Of a stretch of 37,180 bases of DNA, positions 1-9,607 are shown one piece after another. This DNA comes from a virus. The stretch is from the IMG/VR virus record IMGVR_UViG_3300045988_118775, positions 1-37,180 of that record, one strand, 5' to 3'. The notes under the pieces were generated by a model that saw only the letters and a list, made by a program, of their open reading frames with translations, had not been told where the DNA came from and ran no database searches. Every line of letters starts with the position of its first letter. The first letter of the stretch is position 1. Made by a program: the position numbers and the translations under genes.

Positions 1-55
1 CGTATCGTTCGCGCCCGTGTTTGGCGCAATAACGCGGCTTGCCAACAGTAAGAGC
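1..55. repeat. 55-bp terminal direct repeat identical to 37126..37180 (assembly overlap of a circular contig)
   Basis: First 55 nt (cgtatcgttcgcgcccgtgtttggcgcaataacgcggcttgccaacagtaagagc) are exactly repeated as the last 55 nt of the window; an ORF runs across the junction in frame. Confidence 0.9.
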
Positions 56-1201
56 GTTCAAACGATCGTTGATAACGTATCGACGGCGGTGCAGAGGTTA
101 GCTCCCGTATTCATGGGCGCAGTAACGGCGGTAACGTGGCTGATTGACTTAACGGCCGACGGATTAAACACAATTAACACGGCTTTTGACGAGCATAGCG
201 TATTAGTTAAAGGCGCGCTAACGGCGGTAAGTATGGCGCTTGGACATGTGGCCGGCATGATGTTAGTTACAGCCGGCAGGGCTGGAATATCGGCGGCGGC
301 GTTGGCGTTGCATACGGTTCATACGTGGGCAGCAACAGCCGCGACGATTGCGCAAGCGTACGCACAAGGCGGCTTGAACGCGGCAATGTACGCGTGCCCG
401 ATTACGTGGCTTGTCGGCGCGGTGGTCGGTTTGGTTGCGGTATTCTATGGCGCGATTGCGGCGGTGAATCACTTCGCCGGAACGAGCGTCTCGGCTACCG
501 GATTGATTTTCAACGTGTTTAGTTTTGTGTTTGCCGGGATTTACAATTTGCTTGCGGTTGTGTGGAACAGGTTTATTATTTTTGCAAACTTTTTAGGCGA
601 GGTTTTCGTCGATCCGGGGTGGGCTATCTATAATCTGTTCGTCGAGATCTGGAACGGAGTTGTGGGAACAGTTGCCAACGCGGTAAATGATATTGTCGGC
701 TTGATTAATAAGCTTCCGGGCATGAACGTCGGAACGGTAAGCGCGCCGACATTAGCGCGTAAAGAAATTGCCGGCGTAGTTCCTTTTAGGCGGGCAAGCT
801 ATATGAACATGACAGACGCAGCCCGCGCTGGCTACTTTGCCGGTAAACGTTTTGAGGACTTTCTCGGCAACATCGGTAGCCCGAACGGCGCGTTTGGCAC
901 GCCACCCAAGGACGGCGCTAGTGATGTTGAAAACGCGATCGCCGATAATACGGCGGAAGGTGCGAAACAAGGTAAACGCGCAGCCGACGCGCTCGATAGT
1001 ACGGTAAGCGACCTGAAATATTTACGCGACGCGGCAGAGCGTGAGGCGATCAACCGTTACGTGAATGCGACTGTTAAAGTCGACGCGGGCGGTTTGCACG
1101 TCACGAGCGGCGGCGAACGTAACTTTGACGGCATGATGAGGGCGTTCTGTGAAAATATCGCGGAGGCGCTGGAAACGGGAGCGGAGGGAGTTCTGCAATG
1201 A
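1..1201 (+). CDS. tail tape measure protein, 3' portion (wrap-around gene; 5' portion at 36335..37180; unique continuation starts at 56)
   Basis: The ORF open from 17 reads ...AVVSFAPVFGAITRLANSKS, continuing the reading frame that leaves the window at 37180. Long Ala/Gly-rich protein placed immediately after the tail chaperone. The 5' part carries the LQGDEFRSISENAPM TMP signature. Confidence 0.85.
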   Translation, partial: VSFAPVFGAITRLANSKSVQTIVDNVSTAVQRLAPVFMGAVTAVTWLIDLTADGLNTINTAFDEHSVLVKGALTAVSMALGHVAGMMLVTAGRAGISAAALALHTVHTWAATAATIAQAYAQGGLNAAMYACPITWLVGAVVGLVAVFYGAIAAVNHFAGTSVSATGLIFNVFSFVFAGIYNLLAVVWNRFIIFANFLGEVFVDPGWAIYNLFVEIWNGVVGTVANAVNDIVGLINKLPGMNVGTVSAPTLARKEIAGVVPFRRASYMNMTDAARAGYFAGKRFEDFLGNIGSPNGAFGTPPKDGASDVENAIADNTAEGAKQGKRAADALDSTVSDLKYLRDAAEREAINRYVNATVKVDAGGLHVTSGGERNFDGMMRAFCENIAEALETGAEGVLQ

Positions 1202-1944
1202 GCTACTATTTCTATTTAGGCGAGACCCTGCTCCCCGTCGCGCCGACGGCGATTGATACGACGATCAACGGCAAAAATACGACTATCAATCTGATAGACG
1301 AGGGCGAAGCGACGATCATCAAGTCGCCCGGACTTACCGATATATCGTTCAAATTCATGTTGCCAAACCGTGAATATCCGTTCGCTAATTATGACACTTC
1401 ACTACGTCGCGGACTGATTGATTACGCGGTGGGTGAGGTGGCGAAACGGTTCGGCGCGCGGCGACTTTTCGGAAATTCATTCTCATACAAGCCGGCGGCG
1501 ACGTTTTTAGACGCGATCAAAGACGCGAAAGAAAACGTTAATCCGATGAGATTTATTGTTACACGTATGAATTTTGACGGCGCGATGTTATGGAACACTA
1601 ACATGTTGACCACGATTGAGGATTACACGATCTCGGAAAACGCCAACAACGCGACGGGTATTGAGGTAGCGATCAAACTGCGTGAATACGTTCCTTTTGG
1701 TACTCAAGAGGTCGAGGTCGTGAAAGACAAAGACGGCAAAGAGACGTTAAAAGTAAAAGAGCGGCGCTATACGCCCGATGAAAAATATCCGGCGGCGGTA
1801 AAGATAACAAATCAATTATCGGTACTGGAAACGGTGAAAGGGGTCGGGAGCGGCACGCTTGACTGGAGAGCGGCGGCACGGCGCAGCGGGCTTGAAAATC
1901 CGCTTACAAAAAACTTGAAGGGCAAGGTGGTTAAACTTGGATAG
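1198..1944 (+). CDS. phage tail protein, XkdP-like (first gene of PBSX-type baseplate block)
   Basis: 248-aa ORF overlapping the TMP stop (ATGA). N-terminus YFYLGETLLPVAPTAI...INLIDEGEATIIKSPGLTDISF...YPFANY resembles the XkdP/YqbP family as recalled from memory. Its position between TMP and the late-control-D-like gene matches PBSX order. Confidence 0.6.
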   Translation: MSYYFYLGETLLPVAPTAIDTTINGKNTTINLIDEGEATIIKSPGLTDISFKFMLPNREYPFANYDTSLRRGLIDYAVGEVAKRFGARRLFGNSFSYKPAATFLDAIKDAKENVNPMRFIVTRMNFDGAMLWNTNMLTTIEDYTISENANNATGIEVAIKLREYVPFGTQEVEVVKDKDGKETLKVKERRYTPDEKYPAAVKITNQLSVLETVKGVGSGTLDWRAAARRSGLENPLTKNLKGKVVKLG

Positions 1945-2932
1945 CTTCAAAATTATTATTCACAACAAAGAAGCCGACAAGTACTTTGCCCCCGCCGTGC
2001 TTGACGGAGCGGAGTTGTCGCTCGAATTAACCGGAACGCCCGGGAAACTTGTTTTTTCGGCTCACAAAGACGAAATATTGGATTTTAAAGAAGGCGACAC
2101 GGTGCAGTTGGTAGTTGACAACGCACCGTGTTTTTTTGGATATGTGTTTAAGAAAAAGCGTAACCGTGAACAGCACATCGAGGTCACGGCGTACGACCAA
2201 CTCCGATATTTGAAAAACAAGGACAGTATCACGTACAAGGGCAAAAAAGCAAGCGAATTGATTACGATGCTTGCGGAGGATTTTCAACTGAAAGTCGGCG
2301 ACATATCCGATACGGGCTTTGTGATTGACAAGCGGACAGAGGATAACGTGACGCTTGCCGACATGATCCAAACGGCGCTAGACATAACGATGATGCATAC
2401 AAAAAAGCTATTCGTACTTTTCGACGACTTCGGAAAGCTGACGCTAAAAGAGCCGACGGCGCTATGGGTGCCGATCCTGATCAATAACCGAACGGCGCAG
2501 AATTTCGCCTATGAAAGCGGCATTGATAACGATACCTACAACTTGGTTAAGTTGGTCACGGAAGATAAGGAAAGCGGCGAACATAAAGCCTTTTACGCGC
2601 CGATGACGCCTGATGAGTTCGCAAAATCTGACGCAAAAAAGCAATGGGGCGTACTGCAGATGTACGAAAAGCTGGATCGGAATGCGCAGAGCCCGCAAGA
2701 GCTCGCGAAACAGTTACTCACGCAACATAACGTCGTCCGGCGGAAATTATCCATCGACGGCGCGGCGGGTGACATCCGCGTTCGCGCCGGATCTCTTATA
2801 GCCGTTTCGCTTGAATTGGGCGACGTGGAGATCGCGCAAAAAATGTTAGTAACAAAGGTAACGCACAGCTTTTATCATCGTGACCATCAAATGAATTTAA
2901 CGTTGAGAGGGGGCGTTATTAATGCTGAATGA
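1937..2932 (+). CDS. tail protein, XkdQ / late control gene D-like (baseplate hub)
   Basis: 331-aa ORF with start overlapping the previous stop. Sequence similarity recalled for XkdQ/YqbQ family. Conserved position in XkdP-Q-R-S-T-U order. Confidence 0.65.
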   Translation: MDSFKIIIHNKEADKYFAPAVLDGAELSLELTGTPGKLVFSAHKDEILDFKEGDTVQLVVDNAPCFFGYVFKKKRNREQHIEVTAYDQLRYLKNKDSITYKGKKASELITMLAEDFQLKVGDISDTGFVIDKRTEDNVTLADMIQTALDITMMHTKKLFVLFDDFGKLTLKEPTALWVPILINNRTAQNFAYESGIDNDTYNLVKLVTEDKESGEHKAFYAPMTPDEFAKSDAKKQWGVLQMYEKLDRNAQSPQELAKQLLTQHNVVRRKLSIDGAAGDIRVRAGSLIAVSLELGDVEIAQKMLVTKVTHSFYHRDHQMNLTLRGGVINAE

Positions 2933-3332
2933 ATCCCCCGCGAATTTGATTCGGGCAATGGTTGCACAGACGACGGCGGCGGGTAAGCCGTCGGATCTTG
3001 TTTTTGGCGTGGTTACGTCTGGCGATCCGCTCGAGATTAAGATTGACGATAAACGAACGTTAGACGCTGATTTTATTATGTTGTCCGATATGGTCAGAGA
3101 TTATGAGGTGGACATTTCCGTATCACATATGACGGAAACGAAAGGCGGCGGCAGCGGTGACGCGTCATATGAAAGCCACGCGCACGCTTACCGCGGCAGA
3201 AAGAAAATCACCGTGCATAACGGATTGAAAAACGGCGAAAAGGTCATCATGTTACGGCAAGCCGGCGGACAGCTTTTTTATGTTCTTTGCCGCGTGGCGG
3301 AGCATGCGGAACTGACGGGAGAGTGGTCATAA
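2922..3332 (+). CDS. small baseplate protein, XkdR-like (DUF2577-type)
   Basis: 136-aa ORF in operon order between the D-like gene and the XkdS-like gene. Start ATG overlaps the previous gene. Confidence 0.55.
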   Translation: MLNESPANLIRAMVAQTTAAGKPSDLVFGVVTSGDPLEIKIDDKRTLDADFIMLSDMVRDYEVDISVSHMTETKGGGSGDASYESHAHAYRGRKKITVHNGLKNGEKVIMLRQAGGQLFYVLCRVAEHAELTGEWS

Positions 3333-3754
3333 TGGGGCTTTTACCCGATGAATTTAACAACATATCAGTCGCGCGCGGCATTGACGCCACTCCGCCGCAT
3401 GCGACGTACAGAATGCAGATCGAGGCGGAACGGGTCGACGGCGCATTGACTGACGAAGTCGAGGCGGTAAAGCAAGCGGTTTACAAGATCCTGAACACGG
3501 AGCGCTACAAGCACATTATTTACTCGCCGGATTACGGTCACGAATTAACGGGCTTATTCGGCTTGCCCTTACCGTATGTATTGCCGGAGATCCCCCGACG
3601 CATTCGGGAGGCGTTAATGGTCGATGACCGGATCACCGATGTTGACCGTTTCGACCTAAAACATGATAAGTCCGGCAATGTAACGGCGAAATTCGTCGTA
3701 CATACCATTTACGGCGCATTTGACGCAGACAAGGAGGTGATCGTCGGTGTATGA
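3332..3754 (+). CDS. baseplate protein, XkdS-like (DUF2634-type)
   Basis: Track ORF 3287..3754. The likely real start is the ATG at 3332, overlapping the TAA of the upstream gene (TAATGG); it reads MGLLPDEFNN... Confidence 0.55.
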   Translation: MGLLPDEFNNISVARGIDATPPHATYRMQIEAERVDGALTDEVEAVKQAVYKILNTERYKHIIYSPDYGHELTGLFGLPLPYVLPEIPRRIREALMVDDRITDVDRFDLKHDKSGNVTAKFVVHTIYGAFDADKEVIVGV

Positions 3755-4844
3755 AAAACAAACGGCGGAAACCGTCAGAAAACGCATGTTAGACGCGGTA
3801 AAAGCCGGCATTGATAAGCGGGAAGGCAGCATTATTTTTGACGCAACGGCGCCCGTTTCAATCGAAATTGAGTTATTGTACGCGGCGCTTGATTACTACT
3901 TAAAAAACACGTTCGCGGATACGGCAGATCGTGAATTTCTGATTGAGCGCGCAAAGGAGCGGGGCGTTATCCCTCATAAGGCGACGAAAGCGGTCGTTAA
4001 AGGGAAATATGAGCCGGTCACGGCGCGTGTTGTTGTGGGTGCGCGCTTCTCGTGTGATGAATTGAATTACAGAGTTATTGAGGTTAAAAAAGACGGTTAC
4101 ATGCTGCTTGAATGCGAAACGGCAGGGCGTGACGGCAACCGGCAAGACGGGCGACTGATCCCGATTGACTTCAACATGGGGCTACGGGTAGCGGAAATAA
4201 CGGAGGTAACCGTGCCCGCCGTCGACGATGAGGACACGGAGGTTTTCCGCGAGCGCTTTTTGGCGTCTTTTGACCTTCAATCTTACGGCGGAAATATATC
4301 TGATTACAAAGAAAAGGTCGGCGCGATCTCGGGCGTTGGCGGCGTTAAGGTTTATCCGGTATGGAACGGTGGCGGCACGGTTAAAATCGTATTTTGCACA
4401 TCGGAAAACAAAACGCCAACAGCTGAATTTATTTCGCAGGTACAAGAAAAAATTGATCCCGAACCGTACCGACAAAAAGGCGTTGGCATTGCGCCGATAG
4501 GCCACTATGTGACCGTGGCGGGAACGACCGACAAGGCGATCAATATCAATATTAAAATATCCCCCCGCGATGGGGTGGCGCTGGAAGAGTTAAAGCCGAC
4601 AGTTGAGAGCGCGATCCGCGATTATTTAGCGGGCTTAAATAAGGGCTGGCGGAACACGCAGACAGTAACGACAAAACGCTTTGAAAATACGGGTTTAGTC
4701 GTGCGTATTGCCCACATTGAGAGCGCGATTTTAGACGTGCCGGGCGTGCTCGACGTGGAGGGCACGACGCTAAACGGATCAACGCGTAACCTTGAATTAG
4801 GAACAGATGAGCTCGCCGTGTTGGGGGCGGTCAACTATGGCTGA
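3747..4844 (+). CDS. baseplate J-like protein (XkdT-like)
   Basis: 365-aa ORF with overlapping start (GTGTATGA). Size and position are typical of the baseplate J family in PBSX-like tails. Confidence 0.7.
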   Translation: MYEKQTAETVRKRMLDAVKAGIDKREGSIIFDATAPVSIEIELLYAALDYYLKNTFADTADREFLIERAKERGVIPHKATKAVVKGKYEPVTARVVVGARFSCDELNYRVIEVKKDGYMLLECETAGRDGNRQDGRLIPIDFNMGLRVAEITEVTVPAVDDEDTEVFRERFLASFDLQSYGGNISDYKEKVGAISGVGGVKVYPVWNGGGTVKIVFCTSENKTPTAEFISQVQEKIDPEPYRQKGVGIAPIGHYVTVAGTTDKAININIKISPRDGVALEELKPTVESAIRDYLAGLNKGWRNTQTVTTKRFENTGLVVRIAHIESAILDVPGVLDVEGTTLNGSTRNLELGTDELAVLGAVNYG

Positions 4845-5394
4845 TACACTTCGCAAGTCGCTTGATTTACGGGCGGCATGTATTCGGCGATACTTCCCCG
4901 ACGTACTCGCTAACGCGGCGGAGTTTATCGCCTATGCGGACATAGTCGAGCCGGAGCTGGATATTGTTATTCAAAATCTGGTTGGTAACGCCTTGAATAC
5001 GTTCGTTTACGATATCGACGATCGCGGCGCGCGGCGTTGGGAAGAGATGTTACATATTACGCCCGCCGTCGGGGCAACGCTTGAGGAACGGCGGCAGCAG
5101 ATTTTAGCGAAAATCAACGCGCAGTTACCGTATACGATCCGCAACTTTCAAAAAATGCTAAACGCCACTTTCGGCGAAGGCGTGGTTACCGTAAGCGTCG
5201 ATCATGACAATTACGCGGAGTGGCTGAGTATCGCGCCGGGCGAAAATATCGACCAGGACTTTTTAACGACGTATGCGCGGCAGGTTACGCCCGCTAATTT
5301 AACGCTTAACTTACGTACCGATCACGCGGTCACAACGGCGATCAGGCACGGCGGGGCGGCTATAACTTACGAATATATCACGATAGGAGGCTGA
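4837..5394 (+). CDS. tail protein, XkdU/YmfQ-like (DUF2313)
   Basis: Track ORF 4807..5394. The likely start is ATG 4837 (ATGGCTGA overlapping the upstream stop), reading MADTLRKSLDLRAACIRRYFPDVL...; fold and position fit DUF2313 tail proteins. Confidence 0.6.
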   Translation: MADTLRKSLDLRAACIRRYFPDVLANAAEFIAYADIVEPELDIVIQNLVGNALNTFVYDIDDRGARRWEEMLHITPAVGATLEERRQQILAKINAQLPYTIRNFQKMLNATFGEGVVTVSVDHDNYAEWLSIAPGENIDQDFLTTYARQVTPANLTLNLRTDHAVTTAIRHGGAAITYEYITIGG

Positions 5395-5396
5395 AC

Positions 5397-6494
5397 ATGG
5401 CGACATGGAGTAAAACGCGCGTTACCGATGATGGCTTAAAGCTAAACGCGGAGGCGGTGGCGGCTAAAAAGCGCATTGATATTTGGGCGGCTAAAGGCGG
5501 CACGGGCGACAATTTAACATTAGACAATATGCCCGTAACCTTTGATATTGCGGGCGTTAAACAAAAGGACAAAGCGGTTATCGTCACTTTGCAGATCGAC
5601 AACAAGGGCGCGCAGAGCGAACAAACGTTCAATAGAATTGCGCTTTTTGGCCGCCTTGACGCGGGCGCGGAAATTAAAACACCGTATGCTGTCGTTGAAA
5701 GCGACACGCTGGAAAATATCCCCGCACAGTCGGCACAGTACAAGGTTTTGCGTGTTGACGTTATTTTGGCGTACACGGGCGCGGAAAATGTAACGGTTAC
5801 ACCGACGATCCAACTCGGCATTACGGAAGAGCAAGCGCGCGTCATCGTAACGTCTTCCATCGGCGACCATGATGGCGATCCGGCGGCGCACCAAGTTATG
5901 GCGCACAATGTAACCGACGATACGCCACCAAAAGGCAACAACGGCACGATCCGCGGGCTTTTAGACGGCTTGGCTAACAGAATTAAGGCGATCACGGGTC
6001 GGGCGCGCTGGTTTGATGACCCTGACATTACGCTAGCGACAACAAAAAAACGGCTCGACGATCTAAACACGCGCGTTGGCTTGTTAGACTTTATCCCGAA
6101 TAGCCGGATCGGCACGACGCAAAGCAAAATCGCGACGCTTGGCTATAATGGCCGATTTGACAAAGAGCGGCTACCGTCTGGAATTGTTTATGAAGATGAT
6201 TTCGATATTTATGCTGGGTGGTCGAGCGGATATGCTAAACAGCCGGGCGGCTTTCTTATTCAATGGGGCGAAATTCCGCAAGTTGGGCGGCAAGGGAGCA
6301 CAACCGTGAGCTATCCCCGCAGTTTTTCGTCTGTTTTTACGGTTATTGCTTGCCCGGCTGGAACACCTAACGTAATAGAAGATAACGGCACCTTTCATGT
6401 AGTGAGTTTTTCGACCTACAACTTTAAGGTTCAATACAGCGGCGATAATAATCCCGGTCCTAGCGGAAACTGGATCGCACTCGGAAGAGACTAG
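5397..6494 (+). CDS. tail fibre protein (XkdV-like position)
   Basis: 365-aa ORF directly after the baseplate genes. RBS GGAGG upstream (ATAGGAGGCTGAACATGG). Ser/Thr/Gly-rich C-terminus typical of fibre proteins. Confidence 0.65.
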   Translation: MATWSKTRVTDDGLKLNAEAVAAKKRIDIWAAKGGTGDNLTLDNMPVTFDIAGVKQKDKAVIVTLQIDNKGAQSEQTFNRIALFGRLDAGAEIKTPYAVVESDTLENIPAQSAQYKVLRVDVILAYTGAENVTVTPTIQLGITEEQARVIVTSSIGDHDGDPAAHQVMAHNVTDDTPPKGNNGTIRGLLDGLANRIKAITGRARWFDDPDITLATTKKRLDDLNTRVGLLDFIPNSRIGTTQSKIATLGYNGRFDKERLPSGIVYEDDFDIYAGWSSGYAKQPGGFLIQWGEIPQVGRQGSTTVSYPRSFSSVFTVIACPAGTPNVIEDNGTFHVVSFSTYNFKVQYSGDNNPGPSGNWIALGRD

Positions 6495-6506
6495 AAGGGG
6501 GTCATT

Positions 6507-6725
6507 ATGGGCGATATCTTAAACGAAAGGCTGACGGTTGATGTTGACATCACTCGCCCGCTGGTTATGGGGCTTGGCGAGCGCGGCGCGAAAGGTGAAC
6601 GGGGGCCGCAAGGACCAGCAGGACCACAAGGACCGGCAGGACCGGCAGGTCCACAAGGACCTATCGGGAAAACTCCTGAATTTTATTTAGAAAAAAGCGG
6701 CGATTTATACGTTGATGAATATTGA
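6507..6725 (+). CDS. small collagen-like (Gly-X-Y repeat) protein
   Basis: 72 aa. [31 protein letters not shown] is an uninterrupted G-X-Y run. Own RBS (GAAGGGGG). C-terminal ...SGDLYVDEY. Confidence 0.7.
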   Translation: MGDILNERLTVDVDITRPLVMGLGERGAKGERGPQGPAGPQGPAGPAGPQGPIGKTPEFYLEKSGDLYVDEY

Positions 6726-6738
6726 GGGGGCGTAAAAA

Positions 6739-7386
6739 ATGGCTAGAAAGCATTTAGGCAATATCAAAGGACCGAAAGGCGACAAGGGCGATCAAGGGCC
6801 GCAGGGGCTGCAAGGTATTCAAGGCATACCCGGACCGAAAGGTGAGACCGGACCGAAAGGCGACAGAGGCCCACAAGGAGATCAAGGTCCGCAAGGGCTG
6901 CAAGGTCCGCAAGGTGAACGAGGCTTACAGGGGCCGGCGGGCAAAGACGGCCAACAGGGCATTCAAGGCGTTAAGGGTGATCCGGGTAAGCCGTTCCGCT
7001 TTTCAAAAGTATATTCAAGCGTTAGCGAAATGAACGCGGCTTTTACGAGTGACGGGTTAGAAGAGGGCGCTGTCGTTTTAATTTCAACAAAAAACGTCGA
7101 TGATCCGGATAACTCCAAAATGTATGCGAAAGGCAAAACGGCTTATACGTTTCTAACTGACCTAAGCGGCGCGAAAGGTATTCAAGGGCCACGCGGCGAG
7201 CAAGGCAAACAAGGCATTCAAGGCCCGGCGGGTAATGATGGGGCGCAGGGTCCGGCTGGCGAGCGTGGCCCGCAAGGTCCGGCAGGTCCGAAAGGCGAGC
7301 AGGGCGTGAAAGGCGATAAAGGCGACGCTCCGCAAGTAACGTTTACTTTGGATAGCGACGGCAACCTTTATTATGAAGTCGTTTAG
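6739..7386 (+). CDS. collagen-like tail fibre component (two G-X-Y blocks flanking a globular insert)
   Basis: 215 aa. G-X-Y repeats at residues about 10-85 and 150-200. RBS GAGGGGG. C-terminus ...[11 protein letters not shown] resembles the C-terminus of the previous ORF. Confidence 0.7.
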   Translation: MARKHLGNIKGPKGDKGDQGPQGLQGIQGIPGPKGETGPKGDRGPQGDQGPQGLQGPQGERGLQGPAGKDGQQGIQGVKGDPGKPFRFSKVYSSVSEMNAAFTSDGLEEGAVVLISTKNVDDPDNSKMYAKGKTAYTFLTDLSGAKGIQGPRGEQGKQGIQGPAGNDGAQGPAGERGPQGPAGPKGEQGVKGDKGDAPQVTFTLDSDGNLYYEVV

Positions 7387-7397
7387 GAGGAGATTTA

Positions 7398-8147
7398 ATG
7401 CGTATACTTTTAGGTCGAGTAAAGGGAGATAAAGGCGAACGGGGGGCGCAAGGACCGAGAGGCCCGCAAGGTGAACGTGGTCCGCAAGGTCCGCCGGGCG
7501 AACCTGGGCAAACGGACATATATACAAGGGCGGAAAGCGATGCGAGATATCAACTTAAGGGCGAAAGCGTTGACTTTCAAGAATTGGCGCGGCGCATACC
7601 GACTTGGCAATGGAAAGTGACCATGCCGAGAACGGCTCATCAAACAGTCACGGCAACGGTCGGAAGTCAAACATACACAAGCGATTTTTACGCACCACAA
7701 GGCAGTAATGTTACGTTTAGCGCACGGGGAGCAACTGGTTATATTGAGGGCGCGGTTTCGCCAACAAGCGCAACGCTTACAGGGGACTTGGCGGTAACCG
7801 TCACGGCGGCAACGGAGAGTAAAAACGTTGAGGCTGGAACGCAAACGTTTGATAGCGGGCAAAACGACTTTCTTATCCCGCTAAACGCACAGACGTTAAA
7901 ATTAACGTGGAACGGAAAAGATACATACGCAAGGGTGACTCCTGGGTGGCATCTTTACATTACGATAGAAAAGTATGCCAACGAAAAACATATGAGTATA
8001 TTTTATATAGAGAGTATGCAAGGTGACCTGGGTGCTCAAGTTTTAAGTAGCGAAAGGCTTTACACGTCTGTAGTCATATCTTGGTCAACTGAAATCAATG
8101 CACATGCTATCGACATAGACTATACGACATTGCCGAATAATTTTTAA
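7398..8147 (+). CDS. collagen-like tail fibre / receptor-binding protein (N-terminal G-X-Y repeat, globular C-terminal domain)
   Basis: 249 aa. [37 protein letters not shown] repeat block followed by a Thr/Ser-rich domain. The last ~150 nt are markedly AT-rich compared with the upstream sequence. Confidence 0.65.
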   Translation: MRILLGRVKGDKGERGAQGPRGPQGERGPQGPPGEPGQTDIYTRAESDARYQLKGESVDFQELARRIPTWQWKVTMPRTAHQTVTATVGSQTYTSDFYAPQGSNVTFSARGATGYIEGAVSPTSATLTGDLAVTVTAATESKNVEAGTQTFDSGQNDFLIPLNAQTLKLTWNGKDTYARVTPGWHLYITIEKYANEKHMSIFYIESMQGDLGAQVLSSERLYTSVVISWSTEINAHAIDIDYTTLPNNF

Positions 8148-8167
8148 TGACTAAATAAATTTTATTT

Positions 8168-8190
8168 AGCACCTTTGGGGTGCTTTTTTA
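8168..8190 (+). terminator. rho-independent terminator after the tail-fibre genes
   Basis: agcacc-tttg-ggtgct stem-loop followed by TTTTTTA. Confidence 0.6.
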
Positions 8191-8742
8191 ATGGGGCGAA
8201 TTATGGTTAAAGAGATGAATGAAATAATCCAAGGCGTAGCGGAGGCAATGACGCGCTTAGCTGACGCGTGGTGGGTGAAGTCCTTTTTTTCCGCCTTAGG
8301 TAGCGGCGCTATTTGGTTGATTCACTTAAAACACGTTCAAGTGCTGGGCGTGTTTATTTTATTAGTACTGATCGATCTCACTACTAAATGGAGCGCGATC
8401 ACATATCAAATGCTCATTGAAAAAGGGGCGAAGCCGGAGAACATATCCGGATTTGATAAGTGGATAGCTATTCCGGTCGCGTTCGCCGAGGGGCGTGTGT
8501 CATCACGCTTTTGTCGGAACGGCTTTTTTTATAAGCTGTTGACCTACACGATAGCCACGGCGGCTGGTTTCTGCTGGGACTTTATGACGGGCGCAGGATT
8601 CGCCGTTAATCTCGTGTGGATGTATTTAGGCGCGTCTGAGTTTTTATCTATTCTTGAAAACATGAGAGACGGCGGCAACGTTGCTATGGGTCGTTTTCTG
8701 GAACTTGTGAAAGATAAAGTCGAGAAGAAAATAAAAATGTGA
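8191..8742 (+). CDS. holin (toxin-secretion / phage-lysis holin family, TcdE/phi105-like)
   Basis: Several predicted TM segments. C-terminal GASEFLSILENMRDGG matches the SEFxSILEN motif recalled for the TIGR01593 holin family. Lies immediately upstream of the amidase. The start could be 8191, 8203 or 8215. Confidence 0.7.
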   Translation: MGRIMVKEMNEIIQGVAEAMTRLADAWWVKSFFSALGSGAIWLIHLKHVQVLGVFILLVLIDLTTKWSAITYQMLIEKGAKPENISGFDKWIAIPVAFAEGRVSSRFCRNGFFYKLLTYTIATAAGFCWDFMTGAGFAVNLVWMYLGASEFLSILENMRDGGNVAMGRFLELVKDKVEKKIKM

Positions 8743-8756
8743 AAGGAGAATGAACG

Positions 8757-9278
8757 ATGAAAGTATTTATTAATCCGGGTCATGCTCCGAACGGCGTGCC
8801 GGATCCGGGTGCGGTCAATCCGGTTACTGGTGATCGCGAATGTGATTATGCGTTGACCTGCGGCGAGCAGGTAAGAGATTATCTCATCGCCGCCGGGTGC
8901 AAAGCTGCCATGCTCCAGTCGGACAGCTTAAGCGAAATATGCGAAACGTCCAACGCGTGGGAAGCGGATGTTTTTATTTCTATTCACTGCAACTCGTTTA
9001 ACACGATGGCGCGCGGAACGGAAACGCTTTACAAGTCGGAAGCGGGAAAAGTATTAGCCGACTGTATCCAATCTCAGATTATTAATTCGATTGATACGCT
9101 TGACCGTGGAATTAAGCAAAGAGACCGCCTTTGGGTGCTGAACGGAACCAATGCGCCAGCCGTTTTAGTCGAATTAGCGTTCATCGACAACGCAAACGAC
9201 CTCGAACTTCTGAAAACGCAGTTAAACGCCTTTTCTGCGGCGATTGCGCGCGGCGTGACTGATTATGCCAAGCGGTGA
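8757..9278 (+). CDS. N-acetylmuramoyl-L-alanine amidase endolysin (Amidase_3 catalytic domain only, no wall-binding domain)
   Basis: MKVFINPGHAPNGVPDPGAVNP... plus the ...ELAFIDNANDLE Amidase_3 signature. RBS AAAGGAGAATGAACGATG. Confidence 0.85.
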   Translation: MKVFINPGHAPNGVPDPGAVNPVTGDRECDYALTCGEQVRDYLIAAGCKAAMLQSDSLSEICETSNAWEADVFISIHCNSFNTMARGTETLYKSEAGKVLADCIQSQIINSIDTLDRGIKQRDRLWVLNGTNAPAVLVELAFIDNANDLELLKTQLNAFSAAIARGVTDYAKR

Positions 9279-9445
9279 ATAAAAGCCTGTAAAACACGCC
9301 TATTTTGGTGACGTTTTTAAGCGAATGAGCAACAAAAACATTAATCAGGAAAAATCATGTATTTTTCGTTGGCGAAATTGTATTTTTGATTTAGGGCATC
9401 GCTTTTTCAAAGTGTGTTAAAATGTGAGCAGGTGAAAGCGACAAG

Positions 9446-9503
9446 TCTACGCGAGGAGTCGCGAAGACCTTGCTTATCTACGCGAGCGGCAAGGTCTTTT
9501 TTG
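9446..9503 (+). terminator. pair of overlapping, mutually exclusive hairpins; the second is an intrinsic terminator (aagaccttgc...gcaaggtctt + T7)
   Basis: Hairpin 1 is gtctacgcga-ggag-tcgcgaagac (9446..9469). Hairpin 2 is aagaccttgc-14 nt-gcaaggtctt followed by TTTTTTG (9464..9503). They share 9464..9469. Confidence 0.55.
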
Positions 9504-9512
9504 TGCGTAATA

Positions 9513-9521
9513 TGCTATAAT
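9513..9521 (+). promoter_or_regulatory. extended -10 promoter element TGcTATAAT
   Basis: TGCTATAAT directly downstream of the terminator T-run. No good -35, which is typical of extended -10 promoters. Would initiate near 9528. Confidence 0.4.
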
Positions 9522-9527
9522 GTAATT

Positions 9528-9600
9528 GAACAGCGGTAAACCTACGGGAGAGCCGCGGGGACTTGCCTACATGGATGAGTACGCAAGTCCTTTTAATTTG
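9528..9600 (+). ncRNA. candidate short structured transcript / leader ending in terminator hairpin ggacttgc-16 nt-gcaagtcc + TTTTAATTT
   Basis: Perfect 8-bp stem at 9559..9566 / 9583..9590 followed by a T-rich tract. No ORF. Confidence 0.3.
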
Positions 9601-9607
9601 CAAATGT

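Noticed and set aside
5378-6127. 249-aa ORF on the minus strand
   Set aside because: It is antisense to the well-supported tail-fibre gene. It has no RBS and a low-complexity Ser/Ala/Pro-rich translation, which is typical of spurious antisense ORFs in GC-rich coding DNA.
7162-7862. Minus-strand ORFs 7162..7527 and 7410..7862
   Set aside because: They are antisense to the collagen-repeat genes. G-X-Y coding repeats are stop-free on the opposite strand by composition.
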